The position numbers and the translations under genes were made by a program. Shown here one piece after another: positions 43,376 to 50,597 of a stretch of 57,537 nt of DNA. The notes under the pieces are model-generated. The model worked only from the letters and a program-made list of their open reading frames with translations, ran no database searches and had not been told where the DNA came from. The DNA lies in the IMG/VR virus record IMGVR_UViG_3300031539_000033, one strand, 5' to 3'. Positions within the stretch are counted from its first letter, which is position 1. Every line of letters starts with the position of its first letter. This DNA comes from a virus.

Positions 43376-44608
43376 ATGGCAGAAACACAAGGAGACGTAG
43401 CGAACCGTCGCCCGTCCGAGTTGACGCGCGACGAATGGCAGGAACTTCGCGACCAGCATATTACGGCACTTGGCGCGGCGCAGGCCCTCGGCACATCGGA
43501 CAAGACGGTTGCGCGTTACTGGCGGCGCCACGGAATCACCTATGAGCATTCCAGCATCCGGCGCGCCGACCGGGTGCGTATCCCCGTGAACTCCAGCGAA
43601 CCGGAGTATGCCGTCCTTCTCGCCGTCCTCAAGCGGAAGAATGCCAGTCACTCCGTCATCGACATCGCCAATGCGCTGAACTGCCCTCCGCGCGAGGTGG
43701 AGAGGTTGGCAGGGGCGGCGCGGGCCGATGGGTACGATGTGGACGTATCGAATGAAGACGTTAACCTTCAGCGTGCTCCCGACCACGAGCGCCGATCATT
43801 CGACCACGACTTCTATGGCGAACACTTCAAGATCGGCATCTTCGGCGATACCCAATATGGTAGTAGCTATGCGGCAGAACGAGAGGTGGCTCAGTTCTTC
43901 GCCTTCTGCCGCCAGGAGAAGGTGCAGGCCCTGTACCATACCGGAGATGTGACCGATGGCAACGGCGTCTACCCTGGGCATATCCGAGAGTTGCGCCCGG
44001 ATTGCCTGAACGCCGATGCTCAAGCCGAGCGTGCCGCCCAAGCGTTTGTGGCGGCGGGACTGCCGATCTACTTCATCCTCGGAAACCACGACCTGAAGTG
44101 GTATCGAGATATTGGGTTCGACGTGGGGCTGAAGATTGAGGACAGGGCAATACAACTGGGGGCGAAGCATCCGATCAAGTGTCTCGGGCACGAAGACGCC
44201 AGGGTGAGGTTGGGAACGACCACGCCGTGCCTGCTAGACATCCTGCATCCGAGCGGTGGTACGCCTTACGCGATTTCGTATCGTTCGCAGAAGATCGTCG
44301 CCGATATGGAGGGTGGCGATAAGCCCCACATCGTCGCCGTTGGACACCTCCACAAGGCCGAGGACCTACCCCACATTCGTAATGTTGTCGCTATTCAGCC
44401 AGGATGTTTCCAGTGGCAGACGCCATTCATGCGAAAGAAACCAACTCCTGCCCACGTGGCCGGATGCGTCATCGAGGGATGGATGACTAGGCTAGAGGTG
44501 GGCGACTCAGAGGCTAATGATCGTAGCGAGAACGGAGTGCCAACGCTCACCCGACTACGATACGAGTGGCTGAAGTTCTACGCGCCGAAAAGGATGGCGG
44601 CGGGATAG
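43376..44608 (+). CDS. HTH/winged-helix domains fused to a calcineurin-like metallophosphoesterase
   Basis: ATG after ggagg. TSDKTVARYWRRHG (HTH). IGIFGDTQYG, HTGDVTDGNG, ILGNHD and VAVGHLH are MPE motifs I, II, III and V. Confidence 0.75.
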   Translation: MAETQGDVANRRPSELTRDEWQELRDQHITALGAAQALGTSDKTVARYWRRHGITYEHSSIRRADRVRIPVNSSEPEYAVLLAVLKRKNASHSVIDIANALNCPPREVERLAGAARADGYDVDVSNEDVNLQRAPDHERRSFDHDFYGEHFKIGIFGDTQYGSSYAAEREVAQFFAFCRQEKVQALYHTGDVTDGNGVYPGHIRELRPDCLNADAQAERAAQAFVAAGLPIYFILGNHDLKWYRDIGFDVGLKIEDRAIQLGAKHPIKCLGHEDARVRLGTTTPCLLDILHPSGGTPYAISYRSQKIVADMEGGDKPHIVAVGHLHKAEDLPHIRNVVAIQPGCFQWQTPFMRKKPTPAHVAGCVIEGWMTRLEVGDSEANDRSENGVPTLTRLRYEWLKFYAPKRMAAG

Positions 44609-45061
44609 ATGACTGAACCCTGCGAGGAGTGCGGCGTTGACATGGTTCACCAGGAGGGGTGCCTTGTCTGTCCGAGGTGTGGAGCCGGCGAATGCGAAGG
44701 ACTGCGTCTTCATACGGGTGTGGATGAAGGACGTGCCGGAGTACGAAGCAAAGGGGTGGAGTCTCGACTACGCGAAGGAGACGACGCACAGCGACCTGAT
44801 GGGGACGGACTATCTCGACTGCCTGATGGTTCGCCCATGCCGGAGGACCTGGCGCGACTGGTGGGCGTTATTCGTGGGCTGGCTGATAGGTCTATTGAGA
44901 GAACGATTCAGGCACACGCAAAATACGGTACTGACTGGCTCACGAGGGACAATGCGCGGGAACTCGGAGACGAACTCGCGGACGCAGTAAGCTACCTCGG
45001 GATGTTTCTCGACTGCGTGGAGCGGATCGTTGCACGGGCCGTAGTACAGGGGAGGCCATGA
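44609..45061 (+). CDS. Composite ORF: zinc-ribbon start and helical end, but the middle third codes in another frame (see finding)
   Basis: TAGATG coupling. CEEC...CPRC at the start. Over 44700-44837, third-position G+C is 17/46 in this frame versus 39/46 in the +1 frame. MPEDLARLV... from 44837 looks genuine. Confidence 0.35.
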   Translation: MTEPCEECGVDMVHQEGCLVCPRCGAGECEGLRLHTGVDEGRAGVRSKGVESRLREGDDAQRPDGDGLSRLPDGSPMPEDLARLVGVIRGLADRSIERTIQAHAKYGTDWLTRDNARELGDELADAVSYLGMFLDCVERIVARAVVQGRP

Positions 45062-45369
45062 ATATCGCCAGGGTTGACGATTGTCAATTCTGCTATCGCG
45101 TCATGCGCATCAACGAGGATGAGACCGAGGCCTGGTGCTTCGGGCTACGGAACCATCCCACGGATCGACCCTGCGATGTAGTACAGTGGTGTCGAATCCC
45201 TGCCGGCAAATCCGCCGTCCGCGAATACATGTTCACGATTGACGAGGCGGCTTCCCTCGTATCGGGGCTTGCCGAGGTTATCCGAGTGGCAACCCGCCAT
45301 AAGCGGCATCGGTGCCGGCGGAAGAAGTGCTCGGAGTGGTCGGAATGCAGCAACGGGGGCGGTGCCTAG
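45058..45369 (+). CDS. Hypothetical Cys-rich protein
   Basis: 103 aa. ATGA overlap. Confidence 0.55.
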   Translation: MNIARVDDCQFCYRVMRINEDETEAWCFGLRNHPTDRPCDVVQWCRIPAGKSAVREYMFTIDEAASLVSGLAEVIRVATRHKRHRCRRKKCSEWSECSNGGGA

Positions 45370-45471
45370 CATTCTTCCCGCCTCCCCCCGTTTCCCCCAA
45401 AACGCCCCCACGCCCAACCTCGTGCCCCCTGTACCGTTTCCCCCTTGTCGCATCTTTGTGCAAAAAACCTA

Positions 45472-45499
45472 TTGACATATGGTCACCATATGGTATACT
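45472..45499 (+). promoter_or_regulatory. Strong sigma70-type promoter (rightward)
   Basis: TTGACA-16 nt-TATACT with TGg directly upstream of the -10, in a 165-nt gap, 35 nt upstream of the first small ORF. Confidence 0.7.
45476..45492. promoter_or_regulatory. Operator-like perfect inverted repeat inside the promoter spacer
   Basis: CATATGG-TCA-CCATATG. Overlaps the 10-bp palindrome ACCATATGGT (45485-45494). Confidence 0.5.
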
Positions 45500-45533
45500 A
45501 GGATTAGAAGAAGGGCGAGAGCGCAAGGAGAGG

Positions 45534-45761
45534 ATGATGGCAGAACTAACACCCGAAGTGGCTACCGAGCTTGCCGACGACATTGGCGGAATACCTGACG
45601 ACCTCCAGCACGCACAAGCAGAGGTCGATGCCCTCGCGATGTATAGCGAAGGCGAAGGTCCCCGGCCATCTCCCGAACAGGTCAAGCGGCTGATCCGCTT
45701 CCTGCGATCCGCAGGGATGACGGCCATAGGCGCAGCGCAAACACTCGAAGACTGCTTCTAG
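45534..45761 (+). CDS. Small acidic protein
   Basis: 75 aa. Leader gggcgagagcgcaaggagagg upstream of the ATG. Confidence 0.6.
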   Translation: MMAELTPEVATELADDIGGIPDDLQHAQAEVDALAMYSEGEGPRPSPEQVKRLIRFLRSAGMTAIGAAQTLEDCF

Positions 45762-45835
45762 CTCCTGGTCCAGGCTCCTCTCGGGGGGCCTGCGCGAGCA
45801 GCTAGACGGGGCGAGATGCCCGGAAGGGGAAAGAG

Positions 45836-46084
45836 ATGATCAAAGCTAAGGCGGCGCGGAGAATCAGAGGAGAAGAGGAGGGGCAGTTGTTTGTGCAATG
45901 CACGAAGCAGGCCGAGCATATCGCCCTTCTTGACGCATGGCGGGCCACGAAGGGGCAAGCTCCTGCCGAGCGGCCTCCCTGCCCCTTGCCAGAAGGTCAC
46001 ATGATGTTCTCTCGGCCCGAGGACTACAACTGCCGACCGGCCACAATAGCGCAAGTCGGCGGAGTCCTGTGCGTGGCTGAATAG
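45836..46084 (+). CDS. Small hypothetical protein
   Basis: 82 aa. Hairpin plus leader gcagctagacggggcgaga...ggggaaagag upstream of the ATG. Confidence 0.55.
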   Translation: MIKAKAARRIRGEEEGQLFVQCTKQAEHIALLDAWRATKGQAPAERPPCPLPEGHMMFSRPEDYNCRPATIAQVGGVLCVAE

Positions 46085-46085
46085 C

Positions 46086-46170
46086 TCCTGCGCTGACCTC
46101 CGCCCCGGCCCATCCACGCGGTGGGCCGAGCCGGAAAGTCAGAAGGAGCGCGAGAGCGCAAGGAGAGAGG
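46086..46170 (+). repeat. Intergenic unit A, copy 1 (hairpin + purine-rich leader)
   Basis: tcctgcgctgacctccgccccggcccatccacgcggtgggccgagccggaaagtcagaaggagcgcgagagcgcaaggagagagg; about 90% identical to 46656-46737. Confidence 0.85.
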
Positions 46171-46365
46171 ATGATGGCCCTACCGAAAGATCGCGAAGAG
46201 GCCTACACGGATTATCTGGAAAGCGTACGCGTTGCCATCGCACGACAGAGTGCGGGAATCGAAGCGGAGGCATGGACTCGATACCGGAAGGTGTGCGGCG
46301 GGTTAACAGATTACCCGCGGAGCATATATGCCTACTCCCCGACACTAGCGGCCTCCCTGCGCTGA
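46171..46365 (+). CDS. Small hypothetical protein
   Basis: 64 aa. Ends ...SLR* within cctgcgctga. Confidence 0.55.
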   Translation: MMALPKDREEAYTDYLESVRVAIARQSAGIEAEAWTRYRKVCGGLTDYPRSIYAYSPTLAASLR

Positions 46366-46441
46366 CGAGGGGGCAACCCCGAAACCTCCCACTCGGGAGG
46401 TCCGCAGCTAGACGAGGGCGAGAGCCCGAAGGAGAGAGACA

Positions 46442-46666
46442 ATGGGAGAAGCGCAGTCACTTCGCGAAGCCGCTGTTAGGGCTCTGGAGAAGTTATGGCT
46501 GAAAGGCGCGGGAAGGGCGGTTATCTATGCCGAGTCTTACCCCGAAGAAAGTATTCCTGCCACCGACGCGAGCTGGTTTGATATCGACGATCCCCTGTGG
46601 CAGTGGGCCATCGGGGCCAAAGCCCCAGCGCGGTCGAAGGTGATTTTCGACATTATCCTGCGCTGA
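46442..46666 (+). CDS. Small hypothetical protein
   Basis: 74 aa. Hairpin cctcccactcgggagg plus leader gcagctagacgagggcgagagcccgaaggagagagaca upstream of the ATG. Confidence 0.55.
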   Translation: MGEAQSLREAAVRALEKLWLKGAGRAVIYAESYPEESIPATDASWFDIDDPLWQWAIGAKAPARSKVIFDIILR

Positions 46667-46737
46667 CCTCTGCCCCGGCCCATCCGCGAGGTGGGCCGAG
46701 TCGGAAAGTCAGACGGAGCGAGAGCGCAAAGGAGAGA
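46656..46737 (+). repeat. Intergenic unit A, copy 2
   Basis: 570 nt downstream of copy 1. Its first 11 nt are the last codons and stop of the preceding ORF. Confidence 0.85.
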
Positions 46738-46947
46738 ATGATGGCGAAGCGGCTAGACATTGACGCTATCCTGGCAGACAGTCGCCGGCGCGAAATCCGA
46801 GACCTCATCTGCCCGGCTTGCGGACGGGTGACGACTATGCAGGCCCATCCGAAAGATACTCACTACCTGTGCGATGCCTGCACCCTTGCGACTGGACAGA
46901 CCTTCCTGCGAAAAGTACAGGGCAGCGCGAAGCGCGGCAAGCGATGA
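46738..46947 (+). CDS. Small zinc-ribbon protein
   Basis: 69 aa. CPACG...CDAC. Confidence 0.6.
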   Translation: MMAKRLDIDAILADSRRREIRDLICPACGRVTTMQAHPKDTHYLCDACTLATGQTFLRKVQGSAKRGKR

Positions 46948-47162
46948 CCACCTGCCCCCGCTGCCACAGGCCCTGGACGGAGTGCCCGGACCCCATCCGA
47001 CTACCGGGACGCTCGGAACGCTACATCTGCGCGGACTGCGCGCTGCACCTGCGGCGGCCCGTGCTGGCGAAGCTCTCACCGAGAGACAGGGCGACGGTCA
47101 TGGCGAGAGCCTGGAATCCGATTGTTGAGGGTGCGAAGTTCCTAGCGCGAAGGCGAAGGTGA
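46944..47162 (+). CDS. Small zinc-ribbon protein
   Basis: 72 aa. ATGA coupling. CPRC...CADC. Confidence 0.6.
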   Translation: MTTCPRCHRPWTECPDPIRLPGRSERYICADCALHLRRPVLAKLSPRDRATVMARAWNPIVEGAKFLARRRR

Positions 47163-47365
47163 GGAACGAAATGCCTAGACTACAACAGATCGCAAGCCTT
47201 CTGAGACGTGTCGCCGCGATGCTGGAGCGCGGGGATACGTTCGCCCGACTGGTGGACTGCGATGGGACCACTATCGGACACTTTGACGCGACGACAAAGA
47301 CAACGTTTCGCCTCAGCCTGTCCACCGACGGGCCGGGGTTTGAGGAGAATACCGATGCGACCTAA
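47159..47365 (+). CDS. Small hypothetical protein
   Basis: 68 aa. GTGA coupling (alternative ATG at 47171). Confidence 0.5.
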   Translation: MRNEMPRLQQIASLLRRVAAMLERGDTFARLVDCDGTTIGHFDATTKTTFRLSLSTDGPGFEENTDAT

Positions 47366-47549
47366 CCACTGGACGCCAGAACGAATCCAAGCCCTCGCCG
47401 ACCGCCTCGGCTCCCTGGAGGCCCTAGCCGTCGCCCTCGATGTGAGCTTCTATACGGTGAATCGGTGGGTGAAGGGACGGTTCGCCCCCGACAAGAGAAA
47501 CGCGAAGGCGCTAGATGAGCTGGTGGCGCGGCAAGGCCCCGGCCGGTAA
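47355..47549 (+). CDS. HTH DNA-binding protein (excisionase/Aca-like), last gene of the small-ORF operon
   Basis: 64 aa. LAVALDVSFYTVNRWVKGRFAP is an HTH of the Xis/MerR-like type. Confidence 0.6.
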   Translation: MRPNHWTPERIQALADRLGSLEALAVALDVSFYTVNRWVKGRFAPDKRNAKALDELVARQGPGR

Positions 47550-47557
47550 CCGGGGCC
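47535..47557. terminator. Hairpin at the convergent gene junction (bidirectional terminator-like)
   Basis: ggccccgg-ccggtaa-ccggggcc, a perfect 8-bp stem. The stop codon of the + gene sits in the loop. Confidence 0.45.
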
Positions 47558-47567
47558 TCCCTCGTCC

Positions 47568-48098
47568 CTATGCGTTGGGTTTCCCGTATGCTTCGGGGTC
47601 CCAACCCTCCATCTCTAGCGGATTGCTCTTCTCTCTCGTGATATGGCCATCACACCATAGAATTATCCAGGTCCCGCGGTGCTCACAGAATGTTCGGATG
47701 ACATCGGCATCATTGATGGCCCACGGTTGGTCTTCTGGGGCGAGCACAAATGCGCCAGTTACGGTAGTCGTAGTACCGACTATAAGTTGTTCCTTGTCGG
47801 CGGGCCATGGGTTCCAGTTGTCGGCGTATGTGTCTATGTCCTCGGGAGCATCGGGGCAATATTCTAGCCCATCCAGTTCTGCTAGAACCCCATAATCGGC
47901 GACTGACGGATGGGAACTATACATGTCGTAGTGCATGACACACAGGGCGGCGATCCGTTTTAGATTCGAGCCGCAGGCCAATTGGTGTGCCCTCGCCTTC
48001 GCCGCCCCGAATACCGGAAAGGCGATGGCGATCAGTATCAGCATCATGAGGATAACGACCAGAATTTCGATCAAGGTAAAGCCGCGTCGTCTTAGCAT
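47568..48098 (-). CDS. Prepilin-type N-terminal cleavage/methylation protein of the H-X9-DG (DUF1559-like) class
   Basis: RRGFTLIEILVVILMMLILIAIAFP...AHQLACGSNLKRIAAL...Y, and C-terminal HRGTWIILWCDGH (H-x9-DG). Confidence 0.8.
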   Translation of the reverse strand: MLRRRGFTLIEILVVILMMLILIAIAFPVFGAAKARAHQLACGSNLKRIAALCVMHYDMYSSHPSVADYGVLAELDGLEYCPDAPEDIDTYADNWNPWPADKEQLIVGTTTTVTGAFVLAPEDQPWAINDADVIRTFCEHRGTWIILWCDGHITREKSNPLEMEGWDPEAYGKPNA

Positions 48099-48137
48099 CT
48101 CCGTCCCCCTATGCAGAATGTGACTTCCCGGCGGGGT

Positions 48138-48506
48138 TCACGGGACAAACGGCAACGACTGCCATATGATGATATAGACTGGAATCCAGGCGACTGCAAG
48201 CACGAGTCCAACGATACTGCATACCAATCCGGCCGTCGCCATGCCGGGGTTCGAGCCGTTGGTGGAACGCCGTGCGAAGACTATCCCGAGAATTGCTAGG
48301 GCGGGACCTATGAGCGGGATGCCAAAGAAGAACAGAGTGACAATGCCGAGGACGAGGGCGGCTACCGGCGCGTCCCCTCGTGGTACCCTATCGGTAGAAG
48401 CGAATTCCCTTGAGGTCCCCGGCAATAGGCCACCGCAGTTGAAGCAACCTTCTCGGTGGATCGAATTCGCGGCTCCGCAGCCAGGGCAGTCAATCATCTC
48501 GGGCAT
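48138..48506 (-). CDS. Zinc-ribbon membrane protein (DUF4190-like)
   Basis: 122 aa from MPEMIDCPGCG...CFNCG, then two Gly-rich TM helices (LVLGIVTLFFFGIPLIGPALAILGIVFA, AGLVCSIVGLVLAVAWIPVYII). Confidence 0.65.
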   Translation of the reverse strand: MPEMIDCPGCGAANSIHREGCFNCGGLLPGTSREFASTDRVPRGDAPVAALVLGIVTLFFFGIPLIGPALAILGIVFARRSTNGSNPGMATAGLVCSIVGLVLAVAWIPVYIIIWQSLPFVP

Positions 48507-49470
48507 GATGGCCCCCTTCCCGCCCATGCAGGGATGAGTATACCACATCCCGCCCCTGCATGGAATTTGCCAGAGTCTCCACCGCTGCCCGCTTCTGGTT
48601 CGTATCCACCGCCAGATACCGGGCCGTGGTAGAGAGTTCCGCGTGCCCGAGAAGCTCCTGCACCGTGCGGATGTCTACTCCATTCCGGACGAGTTGTGTG
48701 GCGAAGGTATGCCGGAAGCAGTGGGGCGAGATGCTCTTCGCATGGGGGTCCGGCGACTCCCCCGACTTTGGCTCAAGACCCGCCCGCTTTACCAACGACT
48801 TGACTACCTGATAGAGGTGACGGCCCGTGAGAGGCCTGCCATAGTCGTTGACGAGCAGGGTGTCTACGGTTCGCCATGGATGGCGGTAGGGGAGATATTG
48901 ATAGATCGCCCGGATGACGGCAGTAGAGAGGGGCACCATGCGCTCTTTGTTCCCCTTGCCGTGCACCCGTAAAGTGGCCGCCTGCAAGTCCACGTCTTCA
49001 AGGCGGATTTCCGCCAGTTCGGTCGCGCGAATCCCGGTGCCGCAGAATAGCCAGAGTGCCGCGCGATGCCAGGGCTTCTCCGCCGCCAGGAGCAGCGCAT
49101 CAAGTTCGAGCAACGTGAGTGCCTTCGGCAGGGGGCGATTCTTCTGGGGGAGCGGAATCCCATAGACAGGATTTGAGGCAATCTGCCCAGTGATGACGAG
49201 GTACTTATAGAATGACCCCAATGCCGAGAGGCGCCGCCGAACCGTCGTTGGGCCACCGCTCAGCTCCCGGGCATACTCCACGACGATCTCGCGGGTGACT
49301 TCGGCAGGCTCAGTCAGTTGGGCGTGGCGCAGCCGTAGGAACCGCGTAAATAGCTGCAGGTCGTAGCCATACGCCCGTATCGTCCCTTTAGCGCAGCGCC
49401 GGTAGTCAGAAAGGTAGCCCAAAAAGGAGTTGATAGCGCCGGGGAACTCCTCACGAGATAGTCCCGGCAT
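48490..49470 (-). CDS. int: Tyrosine recombinase / phage integrase
   Basis: 326 aa. SAM-like N-domain. GIRATEL...HGKGNKERMVPL...HCFRHTFATQLVRNGVDIRTVQELLGHAELSTTARY (R..HxxR..Y). Confidence 0.9.
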   Translation of the reverse strand: MPGLSREEFPGAINSFLGYLSDYRRCAKGTIRAYGYDLQLFTRFLRLRHAQLTEPAEVTREIVVEYARELSGGPTTVRRRLSALGSFYKYLVITGQIASNPVYGIPLPQKNRPLPKALTLLELDALLLAAEKPWHRAALWLFCGTGIRATELAEIRLEDVDLQAATLRVHGKGNKERMVPLSTAVIRAIYQYLPYRHPWRTVDTLLVNDYGRPLTGRHLYQVVKSLVKRAGLEPKSGESPDPHAKSISPHCFRHTFATQLVRNGVDIRTVQELLGHAELSTTARYLAVDTNQKRAAVETLANSMQGRDVVYSSLHGREGGHHARDD

Positions 49471-49519
49471 GGTATCCAGCCTTCATATGCCACATTCTGC
49501 GTCCCTTTCTACTGGGGGC

Positions 49520-49528
49520 ATTGTAGCA
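49520..49528 (-). promoter_or_regulatory. Possible extended -10 promoter for int
   Basis: Minus strand reads TGcTACAAT about 45 nt upstream of the int ATG; no good -35. Confidence 0.35.
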
Positions 49529-49579
49529 CGAAAAGGTCTGTCCGCCCGGAAATATTTCTTAAATCCATGGTAAAACCCC

Positions 49580-49608
49580 TTGACAACGTGGAATTGAGGG
49601 TTTAGAAT
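49580..49608 (+). promoter_or_regulatory. Sigma70-type promoter of the rightward early operon
   Basis: TTGACA-17 nt-TAGAAT. The -10 ends 7 nt before ATG 49616, so the mRNA is leaderless or nearly so. Confidence 0.6.
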
Positions 49609-49615
49609 AGGCTCC

Positions 49616-49876
49616 ATGATGACAGAGGGAATCGCCGTAATGGAAGAAAAGCGAGATCGACTGGCGAGCCGCCGGGACCGCACCGCCCTGAATACTCGGC
49701 GTCGGGCGAAGGGAATTAGCTTTTCGGCGCTCGCGCGGCACATGAACTGCGACGAGAAATGGTTGTGGGAACGACTCAGCGAGAAGTCCGCGGTTCAAGG
49801 GGTCCGGCTTTCTGAACTCCGCACGATCCGCAAGGCGCTTGACGAGATTCTGGCGCAGAGGGCAGGAGGGCGTTAG
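49616..49876 (+). CDS. HTH transcriptional regulator (Cro/CI-like position)
   Basis: 86 aa. RRAKGISFSALARHMNCDEKWLWERLS. Divergent from int. Confidence 0.65.
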   Translation: MMTEGIAVMEEKRDRLASRRDRTALNTRRRAKGISFSALARHMNCDEKWLWERLSEKSAVQGVRLSELRTIRKALDEILAQRAGGR

Positions 49877-49896
49877 GGTTCCACTTACGATATAAC

Positions 49897-50097
49897 GTGG
49901 ATTATACCCCATCCGAGCGAAAGGCCGTCGAGGAACAAGTCGCCAATAGGTTATTCCACAGAATGATTGGACTGCGAACAGACAAACGAATAACAGGCTC
50001 TGCCTCATGGGTGGAGATTCCCCTTCAGGGGCCGTCGGGCGAGGCCATCCGCGAGGGTGCTGGCGGCCCCTGCAATCATCTCTCGGAGGCTCGATGA
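49897..50097 (+). CDS. Hypothetical protein
   Basis: 66 aa, GTG start. Its stop overlaps the next ATG (ATGA). Confidence 0.4.
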   Translation: MDYTPSERKAVEEQVANRLFHRMIGLRTDKRITGSASWVEIPLQGPSGEAIREGAGGPCNHLSEAR

Positions 50098-50564
50098 TGA
50101 CCCCCGCGGCCCTCATACCAGAATACACACAGGCGGCAGAGAAGCGGTCGCAGTTGGCCGCGGGGTTTGGACTGTGCGGTGGCGCAGCCTCCGTCCTGGG
50201 GGGCGGGGAACTTTCCTCCCTCGCCCTCTGCCATCATTGCAGCGCCTCAATCAGGGTGAGTCCGCCGCAAACCGCGGGGCGCGGTCACCTCCTCGGATCA
50301 GACGCCCCTTCGCGCCCCGCGGCCGCAATCATACTCACAAGGAGGGGACCGATGGCCCCGCAACCCCGGTCGCGCTCGTCGGCACACCCGCGTTACCGGG
50401 AGGGGCTACCCACCAAACAGTCGGGCCGCGCCACAACTGACTGCGCTGATGGTTCTGAGTGCTGCTCGTCTGGAACATCGTGCGGCCCGGCAGCGTATCT
50501 CGTCCGGCTGGCGGTCAAATACACTCCCCCCGAACAGCCATGGCCGCCAGTCGGGCGTTTGTGA
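50094..50564 (+). CDS. Hypothetical protein
   Basis: 156 aa from the ATG after ggagg. G/C3-rich; low-complexity middle. Confidence 0.4.
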   Translation: MMTPAALIPEYTQAAEKRSQLAAGFGLCGGAASVLGGGELSSLALCHHCSASIRVSPPQTAGRGHLLGSDAPSRPAAAIILTRRGPMAPQPRSRSSAHPRYREGLPTKQSGRATTDCADGSECCSSGTSCGPAAYLVRLAVKYTPPEQPWPPVGRL

Positions 50565-50597
50565 GCAGTCATAAGCCCGTGGGGGCGAGAGGAGGAT

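Noticed and set aside
45745-46745. Repeated intergenic units as a CRISPR array
   Set aside because: The repeats are about 85 nt, imperfect, and spaced by about 570 nt that contain ORFs with good starts. No short regular repeat-spacer structure exists anywhere in the window.
47550-47567. attP core next to the lysogeny block
   Set aside because: Nothing in the sequence alone (no tRNA fragment, no obvious arm-type repeats) allows the attachment site to be placed. It needs a host genome or prophage junctions.
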